Assembly (NCBI GenBank): GCA_035546615.1
Contig: DASZWM010000007.1
Location: 1 to 64,000 of the forward strand
Source: Minisyncoccota bacterium
GTDB taxonomy: Bacteria > Patescibacteriota > Minisyncoccia > Phycocordibacterales > SBAW01
Direction of reading: 5' to 3'
Length of the DNA: 64,000 nucleotides
Of the stretch, positions 23,040 through 32,440 are shown in pieces (position 1 is the stretch's first letter; every line of letters begins with the position of its first letter). A program made the position numbers and the translations under genes. Under the pieces are notes generated by a model. That model had not been told where the DNA came from and did not search any database. It saw nothing but the letters and a program-made list of their open reading frames with translations.

Positions 23040-25319
23040 TTATTGTCCAGGTTTTAGAGTGCCGTTCTTTATATTCGTGATAAGCCCCTGCACCTGTCCC
23101 GCCGCCGCGGGATTGAGCCTGATGACCTCTTCGAGCTCGGCGATGGTCTCGGCGGTCTTCCCTGCGGTGAAGTACGCGGAGGCGAGCTGCACGTGCATAT
23201 TGGCGTCGTTCGGATTCTTCGCGACCCGAGCCTGCCAGACGGCGACGATGCGGCCGTACTGCTTGGTGTCGGTATATATCTGGAGGAGCTGGTCGTTATC
23301 GACCGCCGTGGTGCCGTACGCCTGCATAAGCAGCGCATCGGCTGCGGCGTTCTGGCCGGCGTAGTACAGGGCGCCGGCGTAGGCGATGCGCGCCTGCTCG
23401 TAATCGGGCGATAGGTCGAAGGCTTTCTTGAAGGCGGCCAGGCCGTTGCTCAAATCGCCCTTCTGTATATAGGTCTGGCCCTCTTGGAAGAGGATCTGCT
23501 GCTTGCCCGGCGAGAGCTTCGCGGCCGTAGCCAAATGCTTAAGCGCATCGTCGTACTGGCCGTACTGGGTCAGGAACAGGCTGTCGAACAACTCAAGGCG
23601 CGCGTCATTCTTACGCTGAGCAAGCATCGCGTCTCCCGCGGCGCGCGTATAGGCGTATACGGTTTGGGTCAGCTCCGGGCTCGCGCCGGAAGAAGCCTGC
23701 CGCAGGCCGTTTGCGAACTGGAAGAGCTGTTCCGTGGTTTCCTGCCGGCCGAGCTCGGCCCCGTCGTCGAGTGCCGCCTTGAAGGAGGCGAACCGCTTGT
23801 CCGGCGTGCGCGGCGCGCCCGTGGGCTCGTTCGTCTGCAGGCCGTCGATAATGGTCTGCGCGCGCGCCATGCCGCCGGCGTTGAGCATCCACGCTCCGCC
23901 GAGCACCAGCACGGCCACAAGCGGCGCGACTATGGCGACCGTATGGTCATTAACGGGCCTGAGCCAGAACATCCACCGCGGCAGCGCCTTCCACGAAAGC
24001 ACGTGGAGGTACGCCAGCAGCAGGAAGAAGTACGCGATGCTCAAAAGGTTGTCGAACACGAACAGGTTGTTGAAGGCGTAGGCCGCCAGAAGGCCCAGCA
24101 ATACGGCCTGCTCGGGGCTGGTAAGCTCAGCCGAGCGGAGTATCGCCCACACGCCAAGCCCGAACAGCGATATGTACAAAAGGAGCGCCGGAACGCCGCC
24201 GGCGACGAACCAGTCGAGAAATTCGTTGTGCGCGCGGTCGAACCACTGCTCCTGCGCCCACATGGCCGGATTGTAATGCTCGTTGAATATGTAGCTGAAG
24301 TTCTCCTGGCCCCAGCCGGTAACCGGCTTCTCGAGCGCGCCCTGCACGGCCATAGGCCATATATAGAAGAGGCGGGCCTTGGTCGTGCCGTCCTCAAGCG
24401 ATATAGACGCGAGGCGTCCGAGGCCGGGAGAGTTGCGGACGAAGTCCGTATCCTTCACCGCGATGAAGAGCGCCGCGCATATCGCGATGACGCCAAGCGC
24501 TCCCCATGACGCGCGGCGAAGCGTCCTGTACTGCTCTTCCCTGGCGCGCAGCGCCACGTATACGGCGGCCACGATAAGCCCGCCCACAAAGCCCAAAAGC
24601 GCGCCGCGGGTCTCGGTAAAGTAGAGCGCCGGCAACTCGAGCAGGAGCGCGATGCCGTAGAGCGTCAATGCGGTCGGCGACCTGCGGTCGCGCACCATCA
24701 TATAGAGCGTCAGGAAGAGGTTGAGCAGCATGAACACGGCCAGGTACGTCGCGTTGCCGAAGCTGGTATCGGCGCGCACGCCGGACTGGGTCGAGGGCGA
24801 CAGGCCGAACAGGTGGAACACCTGGAAAAGCGCGTAGATGCCTTGCGTTGCTGCTACCGCTATAGAGATGCGGAAGAACGCGTCCCACCAGCGCGACGCG
24901 TTGAATACTGCGCCGGCCACCACGAACAGCGCGAACAGGTGTATGACGGTAATGTAGCCGTCCATGCGCTCGAAGTTGCTCCAGAAGCTCTTTATCGGGT
25001 CGACGCTCAGCGCGGTCGCAAGAGCCATCCACAGCACGAACGCGCCGGCGGCCCACATAAGGTACGAGGCCTTGGGGCGGTATGCCGGCTCCTTTATCGC
25101 GAGTATGGCGTACAGCAGGACGATAAGCTCGACGAGCAGGCGGAACACGAAGTTCTTGCCCGTAATGTACGGGAAGTACATGGCCGGCACCCAGCCGCTG
25201 CCGGCGACGATAAAGGAGATGCACGGGACGGCGCACAGCCCGCCGATAATAGCCCAGCGCAGATAGGTGGTATACGACATACGCGACACTATACCACAAC
25301 ACAGGCCGCCGATCCCCAA
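23040..25319 (-). CDS. O-antigen ligase family (Wzy_C-like) polytopic membrane protein with C-terminal TPR repeats
   Basis: About 12 TM helices in the first 450 aa, then TPR-like repeats (LAAFKKAFDLSPDYEQARIAYAGALYYAGQ...). Start may be internal (MSYTTYL). Confidence 0.7.
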   Translation of the reverse strand: MGIGGLCCGIVSRMSYTTYLRWAIIGGLCAVPCISFIVAGSGWVPAMYFPYITGKNFVFRLLVELIVLLYAILAIKEPAYRPKASYLMWAAGAFVLWMALATALSVDPIKSFWSNFERMDGYITVIHLFALFVVAGAVFNASRWWDAFFRISIAVAATQGIYALFQVFHLFGLSPSTQSGVRADTSFGNATYLAVFMLLNLFLTLYMMVRDRRSPTALTLYGIALLLELPALYFTETRGALLGFVGGLIVAAVYVALRAREEQYRTLRRASWGALGVIAICAALFIAVKDTDFVRNSPGLGRLASISLEDGTTKARLFYIWPMAVQGALEKPVTGWGQENFSYIFNEHYNPAMWAQEQWFDRAHNEFLDWFVAGGVPALLLYISLFGLGVWAILRSAELTSPEQAVLLGLLAAYAFNNLFVFDNLLSIAYFFLLLAYLHVLSWKALPRWMFWLRPVNDHTVAIVAPLVAVLVLGGAWMLNAGGMARAQTIIDGLQTNEPTGAPRTPDKRFASFKAALDDGAELGRQETTEQLFQFANGLRQASSGASPELTQTVYAYTRAAGDAMLAQRKNDARLELFDSLFLTQYGQYDDALKHLATAAKLSPGKQQILFQEGQTYIQKGDLSNGLAAFKKAFDLSPDYEQARIAYAGALYYAGQNAAADALLMQAYGTTAVDNDQLLQIYTDTKQYGRIVAVWQARVAKNPNDANMHVQLASAYFTAGKTAETIAELEEVIRLNPAAAGQVQGLITNIKNGTLKPGQ

Positions 25320-25323
25320 GGCG

Positions 25324-25647
25324 CTAGCTAACCGTGCCCCACGACGGCGTCATAAGGTCGCCTATCTGCCAATCCGCTATCTCGCGCAATATCTCGTTGT
25401 GCTCCCGGTGCTTGGGATGGTTGCGATATGTCTGCAGGGCCTCGTTGTCCCGGAATAGCCCGATGACGACGAGATGCACATTCTTGCGCATGTCGAGATT
25501 GTGCCCCGCCTGGAAGTACAAAATGCCCGCCTCCTTGCCGCCGCATTCCTCGGCGAGCGTCTGGAACCGGTCGTACACCTCCTTCTTCTTTTCCTCCGGA
25601 GCACTGTCGTAGAACGATATCAATACGATGTGCGAGAGGTATTCCAT
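25324..25647 (-). CDS. Stress-responsive alpha/beta-barrel (Dabb) domain protein
   Basis: 107 aa, HIVLISFYDSAPEEKKKEVYDRFQTL...HLVVIGLFRDNEALQTYRNHPKH. Confidence 0.65.
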   Translation of the reverse strand: MEYLSHIVLISFYDSAPEEKKKEVYDRFQTLAEECGGKEAGILYFQAGHNLDMRKNVHLVVIGLFRDNEALQTYRNHPKHREHNEILREIADWQIGDLMTPSWGTVS

Positions 25648-25667
25648 ATGAAAAATATACTACGGCT

Positions 25668-27032
25668 TCACTGCCGCAGTTTAGCGGCCGCCGCCCGGCG
25701 GCCATGCGCCACGTACATCACGTGCTTCGGGAGCGCACGCGCGTCGAACATTCCCCACGGGTCTATGACGACCGTGCGCTTCTTCGCCTTTGCAAGCAGC
25801 GCGGGAAGTTCGCTGAAAAGCGGATCGGGATTGGATACGAATATGACTGAGCTCTGGCGCGCCAAGTCAGCAAGCGTCGGCACATGCAGAACCGACGTGC
25901 CCAGCAGGGTTTGTGCTTCCGCGCTGCCTAAAGGCTCGAACACCGCGACGCGGTAGCGATTGCGCAGCATGCGCTCCACGAGCGCCAGCGCCTGCGAGGC
26001 TTCGCCGTGCGTGGTCTTGGGCTTGTAGGAAATGCCGAGGAATCCGACGACGTCGCGCTTGCTCCCGGCATGCTCCTCCAAAAGCGCATACATGCTCTCT
26101 TCCATCGTTTGGTTGAGGATGTCGGTGGAGCGCGCCAGGTGCGCGGTGAAACCGCGCCGCTTTGCCATCGCATAGAACGCGCGGTTGTCGCGCGGGAAGC
26201 AGGGGCCGCCGAAGCCGAGCCCAGCCTTCAGGAACTTGCGCCCGATGCGCGAGTCCTTCCCTATCGCATTGGTTATCTCGTCGACATCGGCGTTCGGGAT
26301 GCGCGAGGCGATGGCGGCCAGGCCGTTGGCGAACGATATCTTCATCGTCAAGAACGAATTGAGCGCAATCTTGGCAAGCTCCGCGCTCTCCACGCTCATG
26401 CGCTCTATGGCCTGCGACCCCGGATACAGGGTCGTAAAGATCCCCTCCACCGCGTCGCCCGCGCGCCCGTCGTGCGCGCCGAGGAACACGAAGTCGGGGC
26501 GCTCGAGGTTGTTAAGAATGTCGCCGATGGCGATGAGGCTCGGGCTGTAGACGTAGCCGAAGTCGCGGCCGCAGACCTTGCCCGACGCGCGTTCGAATTC
26601 GGGTATGATGCGCTCGCGCGAGTCCCCCGGCAATACGGTGCTCACCAGCACGAACGTGTGCCATCCCTTCTTGCGCCTGAGCGCCGGGCCCATCGTGCGC
26701 GCCGCGGCGGCCACGTAGTCGACCGAGAACAGCCCGCTCTTTTCGCTCGGCGTGGGCACGATGATAAACGTGATGTCGGTCTCGGCTATGAGCCGGTCCA
26801 TGTCGGTTGTTGCCGAAAGGCGGCCCCTCGCCGCGGTTATGTAGTCCTGGAGGCCCGGCTCGGGCACGGGCGCCTTGCCCGCCTCGATGCTCGCGACCTT
26901 ATGCTCATCAACGTCGAACCCGAGCACCTCGAATCCGGAGCGCGTAAGGAACGCCGCATAGCACGCGCCGAGCTTCCCGAGCCCCACCACCGAAAGGCGC
27001 GGGAGTTTTTTCTTTGTGGTTTTTGTTTTCAT
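25668..27032 (-). CDS. Nucleotide-sugar dehydrogenase (UDP-glucose/GDP-mannose dehydrogenase family)
   Basis: N-terminal Rossmann VVGLGKLGACYAAFL, catalytic GFGGPCFPRD, C-terminal UDPG_MGDP_dh domain. Confidence 0.85.
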   Translation of the reverse strand: MKTKTTKKKLPRLSVVGLGKLGACYAAFLTRSGFEVLGFDVDEHKVASIEAGKAPVPEPGLQDYITAARGRLSATTDMDRLIAETDITFIIVPTPSEKSGLFSVDYVAAAARTMGPALRRKKGWHTFVLVSTVLPGDSRERIIPEFERASGKVCGRDFGYVYSPSLIAIGDILNNLERPDFVFLGAHDGRAGDAVEGIFTTLYPGSQAIERMSVESAELAKIALNSFLTMKISFANGLAAIASRIPNADVDEITNAIGKDSRIGRKFLKAGLGFGGPCFPRDNRAFYAMAKRRGFTAHLARSTDILNQTMEESMYALLEEHAGSKRDVVGFLGISYKPKTTHGEASQALALVERMLRNRYRVAVFEPLGSAEAQTLLGTSVLHVPTLADLARQSSVIFVSNPDPLFSELPALLAKAKKRTVVIDPWGMFDARALPKHVMYVAHGRRAAAAKLRQ

Positions 27033-27134
27033 GACAGCAGACGGTCGCTGGTATTCGCCTAATCCTACAGAACGCTTACTGATAAATCAATTTCAAAGGT
27101 GTTACGGCGGGGATACGCGAAGCGCAATAAAGAT

Positions 27135-27163
27135 ATTGACAAAAAGTCATAAGGTGATACAAT
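27135..27163 (+). promoter_or_regulatory. Sigma70-like promoter TTGACA-17-TACAAT for the NUDIX gene
   Basis: ttgacaaaaagtcataaggtgatacaat read from sequence; 29 nt upstream of ATG 27192. Confidence 0.5.
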
Positions 27164-27191
27164 TATAAAGAACGTACCGACGCGCAACAGT

Positions 27192-27692
27192 ATGGAAAGG
27201 AAACGTTACGTGGGAAGACTGACCAATGAAGACTACGCACGGATATTCGACCGGACGACGGGACTCGGCATTGTCCGCGCCGCATGGGACCTCCTCATTC
27301 TCGACGAGGACAAGCGGGTCGCGCTCGTGCAGCGGGACATCCCGCCGGAGCTGGGCACCTGGCATTTGCCGGGCGGCAAGATAAACGGCGGCGAAAGCTT
27401 CCAGGAGTTTGCTTCGCGGGTCGCGAAGCACGATCTCGGCATCGGCGTCGAGTTCGTTGACGCGGTAGGCGGCCTCAACTTCCCTGCAGAGGTATCGACG
27501 ATGGAAGTAGAGGGCGAAGAGCGCGAGCTCACCATCCATACCGTCTCGACTATCCTGCTGTGCAAGCCGCTGTCAGCCGGTTTGCGCGGCAGCGCCGAAG
27601 GCAAGAATGTCGGATGGTTCGCAACGGCGCCGAAGCCTGCGCACAGCGTCCATATTCCGTGGCTCCTGAAGCACGGCTACCTGCAGGCCTAA
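27192..27692 (+). CDS. NUDIX hydrolase
   Basis: GGKINGGESFQEFASRVAKHDLGIGVE Nudix box-like; 166 aa. Confidence 0.75.
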   Translation: MERKRYVGRLTNEDYARIFDRTTGLGIVRAAWDLLILDEDKRVALVQRDIPPELGTWHLPGGKINGGESFQEFASRVAKHDLGIGVEFVDAVGGLNFPAEVSTMEVEGEERELTIHTVSTILLCKPLSAGLRGSAEGKNVGWFATAPKPAHSVHIPWLLKHGYLQA

Positions 27693-27715
27693 CGGCCGGC
27701 GGAACAACAGAAAAG

Positions 27716-27744
27716 AGGGCGGGGAAATATCCCCGCCCTTTTTA
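27716..27744 (+). terminator. Intrinsic terminator AGGGCGGGG-aaatat-CCCCGCCCT + TTTTT
   Basis: Read from sequence directly after NUDIX stop. Confidence 0.6.
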
Positions 27745-27787
27745 TATAAAAAAGATATAGAAGTTACCGTGCGAGCCTTATAGTGAT

Positions 27788-27816
27788 ATTGACATATAGT
27801 ATCAAAAGTGCTATAA
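27788..27816 (+). promoter_or_regulatory. Consensus sigma70-like promoter TTGACA-17-TATAAT
   Basis: ttgacatatagtatcaaaagtgctataat. The -10 ends 10 nt before the annotated GTG start at 27827. Confidence 0.55.
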
Positions 27817-27826
27817 TAGAGAATAG

Positions 27827-28669
27827 GTGACCGGATGCATTTCTGCAACCAGCACGAACACGGAGGTCATTGATTTGTCTACGTTCAAAACGTATTTGGA
27901 GACGCTGCAGGCGCAGCTCATCCCCTCTTACACGCCGCCGGCCACACCCGGCGGCTACGACGTCAACCACGTCCTCGAGATGGCGGCCCTGGGTCCGAGC
28001 ATCAAGGCGCTTCCGCGCTATAAGACCCTCGACATGGAGGAGTTCGTCACGGCGGTCTGGCTGCACAACAGCGACCGACCCGACAGCATGGTGAACTTCC
28101 TGCACAACAAGGACTACCCGCGCGGGGACGACGGCTGGAAGAACGACAACTGGAAGCCATACCTCCAGAAGCTGCTCGCCGACAGCCCCTTCGACGATGA
28201 GGCACGGAACCGCATCATTGACGCTGTGCTCGAGCACTCCAAGAAGGACGATGAGGAAGGCGATTCAGTCCTTCTCACCGCGCTGCGCATCGCCGACAAG
28301 GTGGTTCGCTTCGGGCCGCTTGGCATGATGGGCCAGCCCGCCAATCGCGGGCGCACCCAGATGTTCTACGACCCCGAGGAACCGTTCGTCTACGGCTCGA
28401 CGGCGGAGGACAAGCTGCGCGCGGTATGGAACGACTACTTCCGCGTGCTCGAGTGGCTTACGATGCTTCTCAAGCGCGCGCTGACCGAAGACGAGCTGTG
28501 GTCGCTGGTGGACAAGGCGGACATCGCCGACGAAGTCCACTACATCCGCGGCGTCGGCCGGCAGATCGCCCGCGTCACCGGGGGCGAGAACAAGGTCGAA
28601 GAGTGCGTGCAGAAGGCGCTCGGCGATCTCTACAAGCAGTTCCCGCCGATGCAGCTCGTGCCCGCCTAG
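27827..28669 (+). CDS. Hypothetical protein, possibly HD-superfamily phosphohydrolase-like. GTG start per track; alternative TTG at 27875 preceded by GGAGGT
   Basis: 280 aa; weak HD-like motifs (VNHVLEMAAL, WLHNSDRPD, LLTALRIADKV); own promoter and terminator. Confidence 0.5.
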   Translation: MTGCISATSTNTEVIDLSTFKTYLETLQAQLIPSYTPPATPGGYDVNHVLEMAALGPSIKALPRYKTLDMEEFVTAVWLHNSDRPDSMVNFLHNKDYPRGDDGWKNDNWKPYLQKLLADSPFDDEARNRIIDAVLEHSKKDDEEGDSVLLTALRIADKVVRFGPLGMMGQPANRGRTQMFYDPEEPFVYGSTAEDKLRAVWNDYFRVLEWLTMLLKRALTEDELWSLVDKADIADEVHYIRGVGRQIARVTGGENKVEECVQKALGDLYKQFPPMQLVPA

Positions 28670-28698
28670 CGGACACCGGCTAAGGCCGAAAAAGTAAA

Positions 28699-28726
28699 GG
28701 GCGGACCCGGTGGGTCCGCCCTTTTT
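28699..28726 (+). terminator. Intrinsic terminator GGGCGGACCC-ggt-GGGTCCGCCC + TTTTT
   Basis: Read from sequence after stop at 28669. Confidence 0.6.
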
Positions 28727-28847
28727 ATATGTTTAGTGTGCCATTAGGAAACTTTTCTGCCACACGAGGTGTTTACAAAGGATCCGCAGCGGGCGGTCCG
28801 TTTTTTATTTGCGGGCATAAGGGAAAAATGCTACCACTATCCTACCT

Positions 28848-29843
28848 ATGTACCAGAATCGGGAGATAAAAACGGCCCTTGTCCTGGGCGCCGGCGGCTT
28901 TATCGGCAGCCACCTGGTTCGCCGCCTCAAGAAAGAGGGCTTCTGGGTCCGCGGCGTCGACCTCAAATACCCTCAGTTCAGCATCCCCGAGGCCGACGAG
29001 TTCGTCCTGGGCGACCTGCGCGACCAGGCGGTGTGCCTCGGCGTGTTCGACCGGCCGTTTGATGAGGTGTATCAGCTGGCAGCGGACATGGGCGGCGCCG
29101 GCTATATCTTTACCGGCGAGCATGATGCCGACGTCATGCACAATTCCGCGACCATCAACCTCAACGCGGCGTACTACGGCCGCCAGGCGGGCGTGAAGAA
29201 GTTCTTCTACTCGTCCTCCGCATGCATGTACCCCGCCTACAACCAGGTGGACCCGGACAACCCCAATTGCGCGGAAGACTCCGCGTATCCGGCAGCCCCC
29301 GACAGCGAGTACGGCTGGGAGAAGCTTTTCAGCGAGCGCCTGTACCTCGCCTTCAAGCGCAACTACGGCCTCAACGTGCGCATCGCCCGCTTCCACAATA
29401 TCTTCGGCCCCGAAGGCACCTGGCAGGGCGGCAAGGAAAAGGCGCCGGCCGCGATATGCCGCAAGGTCGCTGAAGCGCCTCAGGGCAGCAGCATAGAGAT
29501 ATGGGGCGACGGCGAGCAGACCCGCTCCTTCCTATATATAGATGAGTGCCTCGAGGGCATGCGTCGCCTCATGGACTCCGAGTTCGAGGGCCCGGTCAAC
29601 ATCGGCTCCGACGAAATGGTAACCATCAACCAGCTGGCGCAGATGGCCATGGATGCCGCCGGAAAACAGCTTTCCATAAAGCACATTGACGGTCCGCTCG
29701 GCGTGCGCGGCCGCAACTCGGACAACACGCTCATACGGCAAATGCTCGGCTGGGCACCGTCTGCACCGCTGCGTGAGGGTGTCGAGAAGACGTATCGCTG
29801 GATAGAACAGCAGCGCCTGCTCAATTCGATACGTCCCCGGTAA
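28848..29843 (+). CDS. NAD-dependent epimerase/dehydratase (extended SDR) family sugar-nucleotide enzyme
   Basis: ALVLGAGGFIGSHLVRRL Rossmann motif, YSSSACMYP catalytic region, YxxxK. Confidence 0.85.
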   Translation: MYQNREIKTALVLGAGGFIGSHLVRRLKKEGFWVRGVDLKYPQFSIPEADEFVLGDLRDQAVCLGVFDRPFDEVYQLAADMGGAGYIFTGEHDADVMHNSATINLNAAYYGRQAGVKKFFYSSSACMYPAYNQVDPDNPNCAEDSAYPAAPDSEYGWEKLFSERLYLAFKRNYGLNVRIARFHNIFGPEGTWQGGKEKAPAAICRKVAEAPQGSSIEIWGDGEQTRSFLYIDECLEGMRRLMDSEFEGPVNIGSDEMVTINQLAQMAMDAAGKQLSIKHIDGPLGVRGRNSDNTLIRQMLGWAPSAPLREGVEKTYRWIEQQRLLNSIRPR

Positions 29844-29866
29844 GCGCGGGCGGTATACTAAAGGGA

Positions 29867-30688
29867 ATGCAAACCACGACCATCATCCAGCCCCGCAAGA
29901 AGCTGGGGCTCGCCGACCTGGCAGAGCTCTGGCGCTACCGCGAGCTGCTTTTTTTCTTTTCCTGGCGCGACCTTAAGGTGCGCTACAAGCAGACCGCTAT
30001 CGGGGTGGCGTGGGCGGTGTTCCAGCCGCTGGCTACTATGCTTATCTTTACCCTGTTCTTCGGGACGCTCCTCAAGGTCCCGTCCGACGGCATTCCCTAC
30101 CCGATCTTCGTCTATACCGGCCTTCTGTTCTGGCAATTCTTTTCCTCGTCGCTTGGCGACGTCAGCGGCAGTCTGGTGTCCAACCAGTCCATCATCACCA
30201 AGGTCTACTTTCCCCGCCTCATACTGCCGCTTGCGGTCGTGGCGACCAACTTCATCGACTTCTGCGTCGCCTCGGGCGTCCTGGTCGCGCTGATGGTCTA
30301 TTACGGGTTCCTGCCCAACCTCATGGGCCTCTTCATACTGCCCGTCTTGCTGCTTATGACCTACTTCGCGGCGCTCGGCGGCGGCCTATTCCTTTCCGCG
30401 CTCAACGTGAAATACCGCGACGTGCGCTATATCCTTCCCTACTTCATGCAGATGCTCCTCTTCATCACGCCGGTCATCTACCCGGCCAGCATCGCGGGAA
30501 AGTACTCCTGGCTACTCGCCATAAACCCGATGACCGGCATCATCAAGGCCGCGCGCGGCGCTTTGCTCGGCACGGAGCCGGTCAACTGGGCGCTTTTGGG
30601 AATTTCTTCGCTCGCCATCCTCGTGCTCTTTGCCGTGGGACTTGTCGTGTTCAAGAAGACCGAGCGTTACTTTGCCGATATCGTATAA
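29867..30688 (+). CDS. wzm: ABC-2 type polysaccharide/O-antigen export permease
   Basis: 273 aa, 6 TM helices, ABC2_membrane signature LWRYRELLFFFSWRDLKVRYKQTAIGVAWAVFQP. Confidence 0.85.
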   Translation: MQTTTIIQPRKKLGLADLAELWRYRELLFFFSWRDLKVRYKQTAIGVAWAVFQPLATMLIFTLFFGTLLKVPSDGIPYPIFVYTGLLFWQFFSSSLGDVSGSLVSNQSIITKVYFPRLILPLAVVATNFIDFCVASGVLVALMVYYGFLPNLMGLFILPVLLLMTYFAALGGGLFLSALNVKYRDVRYILPYFMQMLLFITPVIYPASIAGKYSWLLAINPMTGIIKAARGALLGTEPVNWALLGISSLAILVLFAVGLVVFKKTERYFADIV

Positions 30689-30759
30689 ACAAAAAGTTGA
30701 AAGTCAATTATGTCCATAAAGTCAAAAGTCTTTAATGCCTGTACAGTGAGAGAAGGGAT

Positions 30760-31104
30760 ATGACCATAGAACGATTCGAGGACATACTTGCATGGCAGAA
30801 AGCAAAAGAGTTGACGCTTTTGGTATATGCGGCATTCAAGGATAATAAGGATTACGGCTTCAGGGACCAGATACAAAGGGCCTGCGTTTCAATAATGAAT
30901 AATATCGCTGAAGGTTTTGAAAGAAAGGGCGATAAGGAATTCAAACAATTCTTATACATTGCCAAAGGGTCCTGCGGAGAAGTCAGATCTATGTTGGACA
31001 TCGCCCTGGGCTTGGCGTATGTAGATCAAGAGCACTATACGCGCTACCGCGATCTATCCGTCGACACTTCTAAATTGCTGTCGGGATTCATCAAGACGCT
31101 TTAG
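30760..31104 (+). CDS. Four-helix-bundle protein (23S rRNA intervening-sequence protein family), inserted between wzm and wzt
   Basis: AWQKAKELTLLVYAAFKD...IAEGFERKGDKEFKQFLYIAKGSCGEVRSML signature; local GC clearly lower than flanks. Confidence 0.85.
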   Translation: MTIERFEDILAWQKAKELTLLVYAAFKDNKDYGFRDQIQRACVSIMNNIAEGFERKGDKEFKQFLYIAKGSCGEVRSMLDIALGLAYVDQEHYTRYRDLSVDTSKLLSGFIKTL

Positions 31105-31124
31105 ACATTCAACATTCTGACTTT

Positions 31125-32381
31125 ATGGACAATTTACCCATCATCGAGATACAGGGCATCGGAAAGAAGTATGACATCAACCACCAGCGCGGCGGCTATA
31201 TCGCCCTGCGCGATGTGCTTGCGTACATGCTCAAGCGGCCGTTCAGCTTCTTCAAGGCAAAGGCCAAGCGCGCCGTCGGGTTCGATAAAAAGGAGGAGTT
31301 CTGGGCCCTGCGCGACGTATCGTTCTCGGTCGGAAAAGGCGAGGTAGTGGGCGTCATCGGCCGCAACGGCGCGGGCAAGTCGACGCTTCTCAAGATCCTG
31401 ACCGGCATCACGCCGCCCACCGAAGGCCGGGCCGTCATGCGCGGACGCGTGGCGTCGCTGCTTGAGGTCGGGACCGGCTTTCATCCGGAGCTGACCGGCC
31501 GCGAGAACATCTTCCTCAACGGAGCCATCATCGGCATGACGCGCCGCGAGATAGCGCGCAAGTTCGACGATATCGTCGCGTTCTCCGGCATCGAAAAGTT
31601 TCTCGATACGCCGGTGAAGCATTACTCAAGCGGCATGTACGTGCGGCTCGCCTTTTCGGTGGCCGCGCATATGGAGCCGGACGTCCTTATCGTGGACGAA
31701 GTGCTCGCGGTCGGCGACGCGGAGTTCCAGAAAAAGTGCCTCGGCAAGATGGAGGAGGTGACCCGCTCCGATGGCCGCACGATACTCTTCGTGAGCCACA
31801 ACATGGCGGCGGTCGCGGCCCTATGCAAGAAGGTTGTCGTACTCGAGCACGGTACGGTAGCTTTTTACGGGCCGACGCACGAGGCTATAGACTTTTATAT
31901 GAATCGGTTTACATCCGCCGCCGGCGGCGCTCCTGCCAGCTTCTCGCTCGGACCCGTACGCTTGGACAATTTTACCCTCAACGGCGCTCCGGCGAACGCA
32001 ATACCGCAGATTGCCTCCGGCGAGCCTCTTTCGATAGGTGTCCGCGTTGAGAGCACGGATCCCACTGGCAGGCTCAATATCGGCTATGGCATCCGCCGGC
32101 GCAGCGACGCATCGCTCATGGTGTTCTCGCACGCAGACCTCGAAAGTGCTAAATTACCTTCTGCCTCCGGCATCATAGAAGCCCGGTTCGATATGCCGCG
32201 GCTCGCGCCCGGCGACTACATCGTGGAATTCCAGGCCAAATACAATGACGCGGCGGGCATCCCGGAAAAAGAGATAGGCGGGTTCACGGTGCCTGAAACG
32301 CGGGCCTTCAAGGCCGAGCAGACGTTTAGGGACTTTCCCTCCGCCGTATTGGCCAACTCGAACTGGAACCATATTCGATAA
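31125..32381 (+). CDS. wzt: ABC transporter ATP-binding protein Wzt/TagH-like with C-terminal glycan-binding (Wzt_C-like) domain
   Basis: Walker A GRNGAGKST, signature YSSGMYVRL, Walker B LIVDEVLAVGD; about 170-aa C-terminal beta-rich extension. Confidence 0.85.
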   Translation: MDNLPIIEIQGIGKKYDINHQRGGYIALRDVLAYMLKRPFSFFKAKAKRAVGFDKKEEFWALRDVSFSVGKGEVVGVIGRNGAGKSTLLKILTGITPPTEGRAVMRGRVASLLEVGTGFHPELTGRENIFLNGAIIGMTRREIARKFDDIVAFSGIEKFLDTPVKHYSSGMYVRLAFSVAAHMEPDVLIVDEVLAVGDAEFQKKCLGKMEEVTRSDGRTILFVSHNMAAVAALCKKVVVLEHGTVAFYGPTHEAIDFYMNRFTSAAGGAPASFSLGPVRLDNFTLNGAPANAIPQIASGEPLSIGVRVESTDPTGRLNIGYGIRRRSDASLMVFSHADLESAKLPSASGIIEARFDMPRLAPGDYIVEFQAKYNDAAGIPEKEIGGFTVPETRAFKAEQTFRDFPSAVLANSNWNHIR

Positions 32382-32440
32382 ACAATGATGAAGAAAAAAC
32401 TTGTTACAGGTTCAGGTGTCATGCTGAGCCCACTAGAAAA

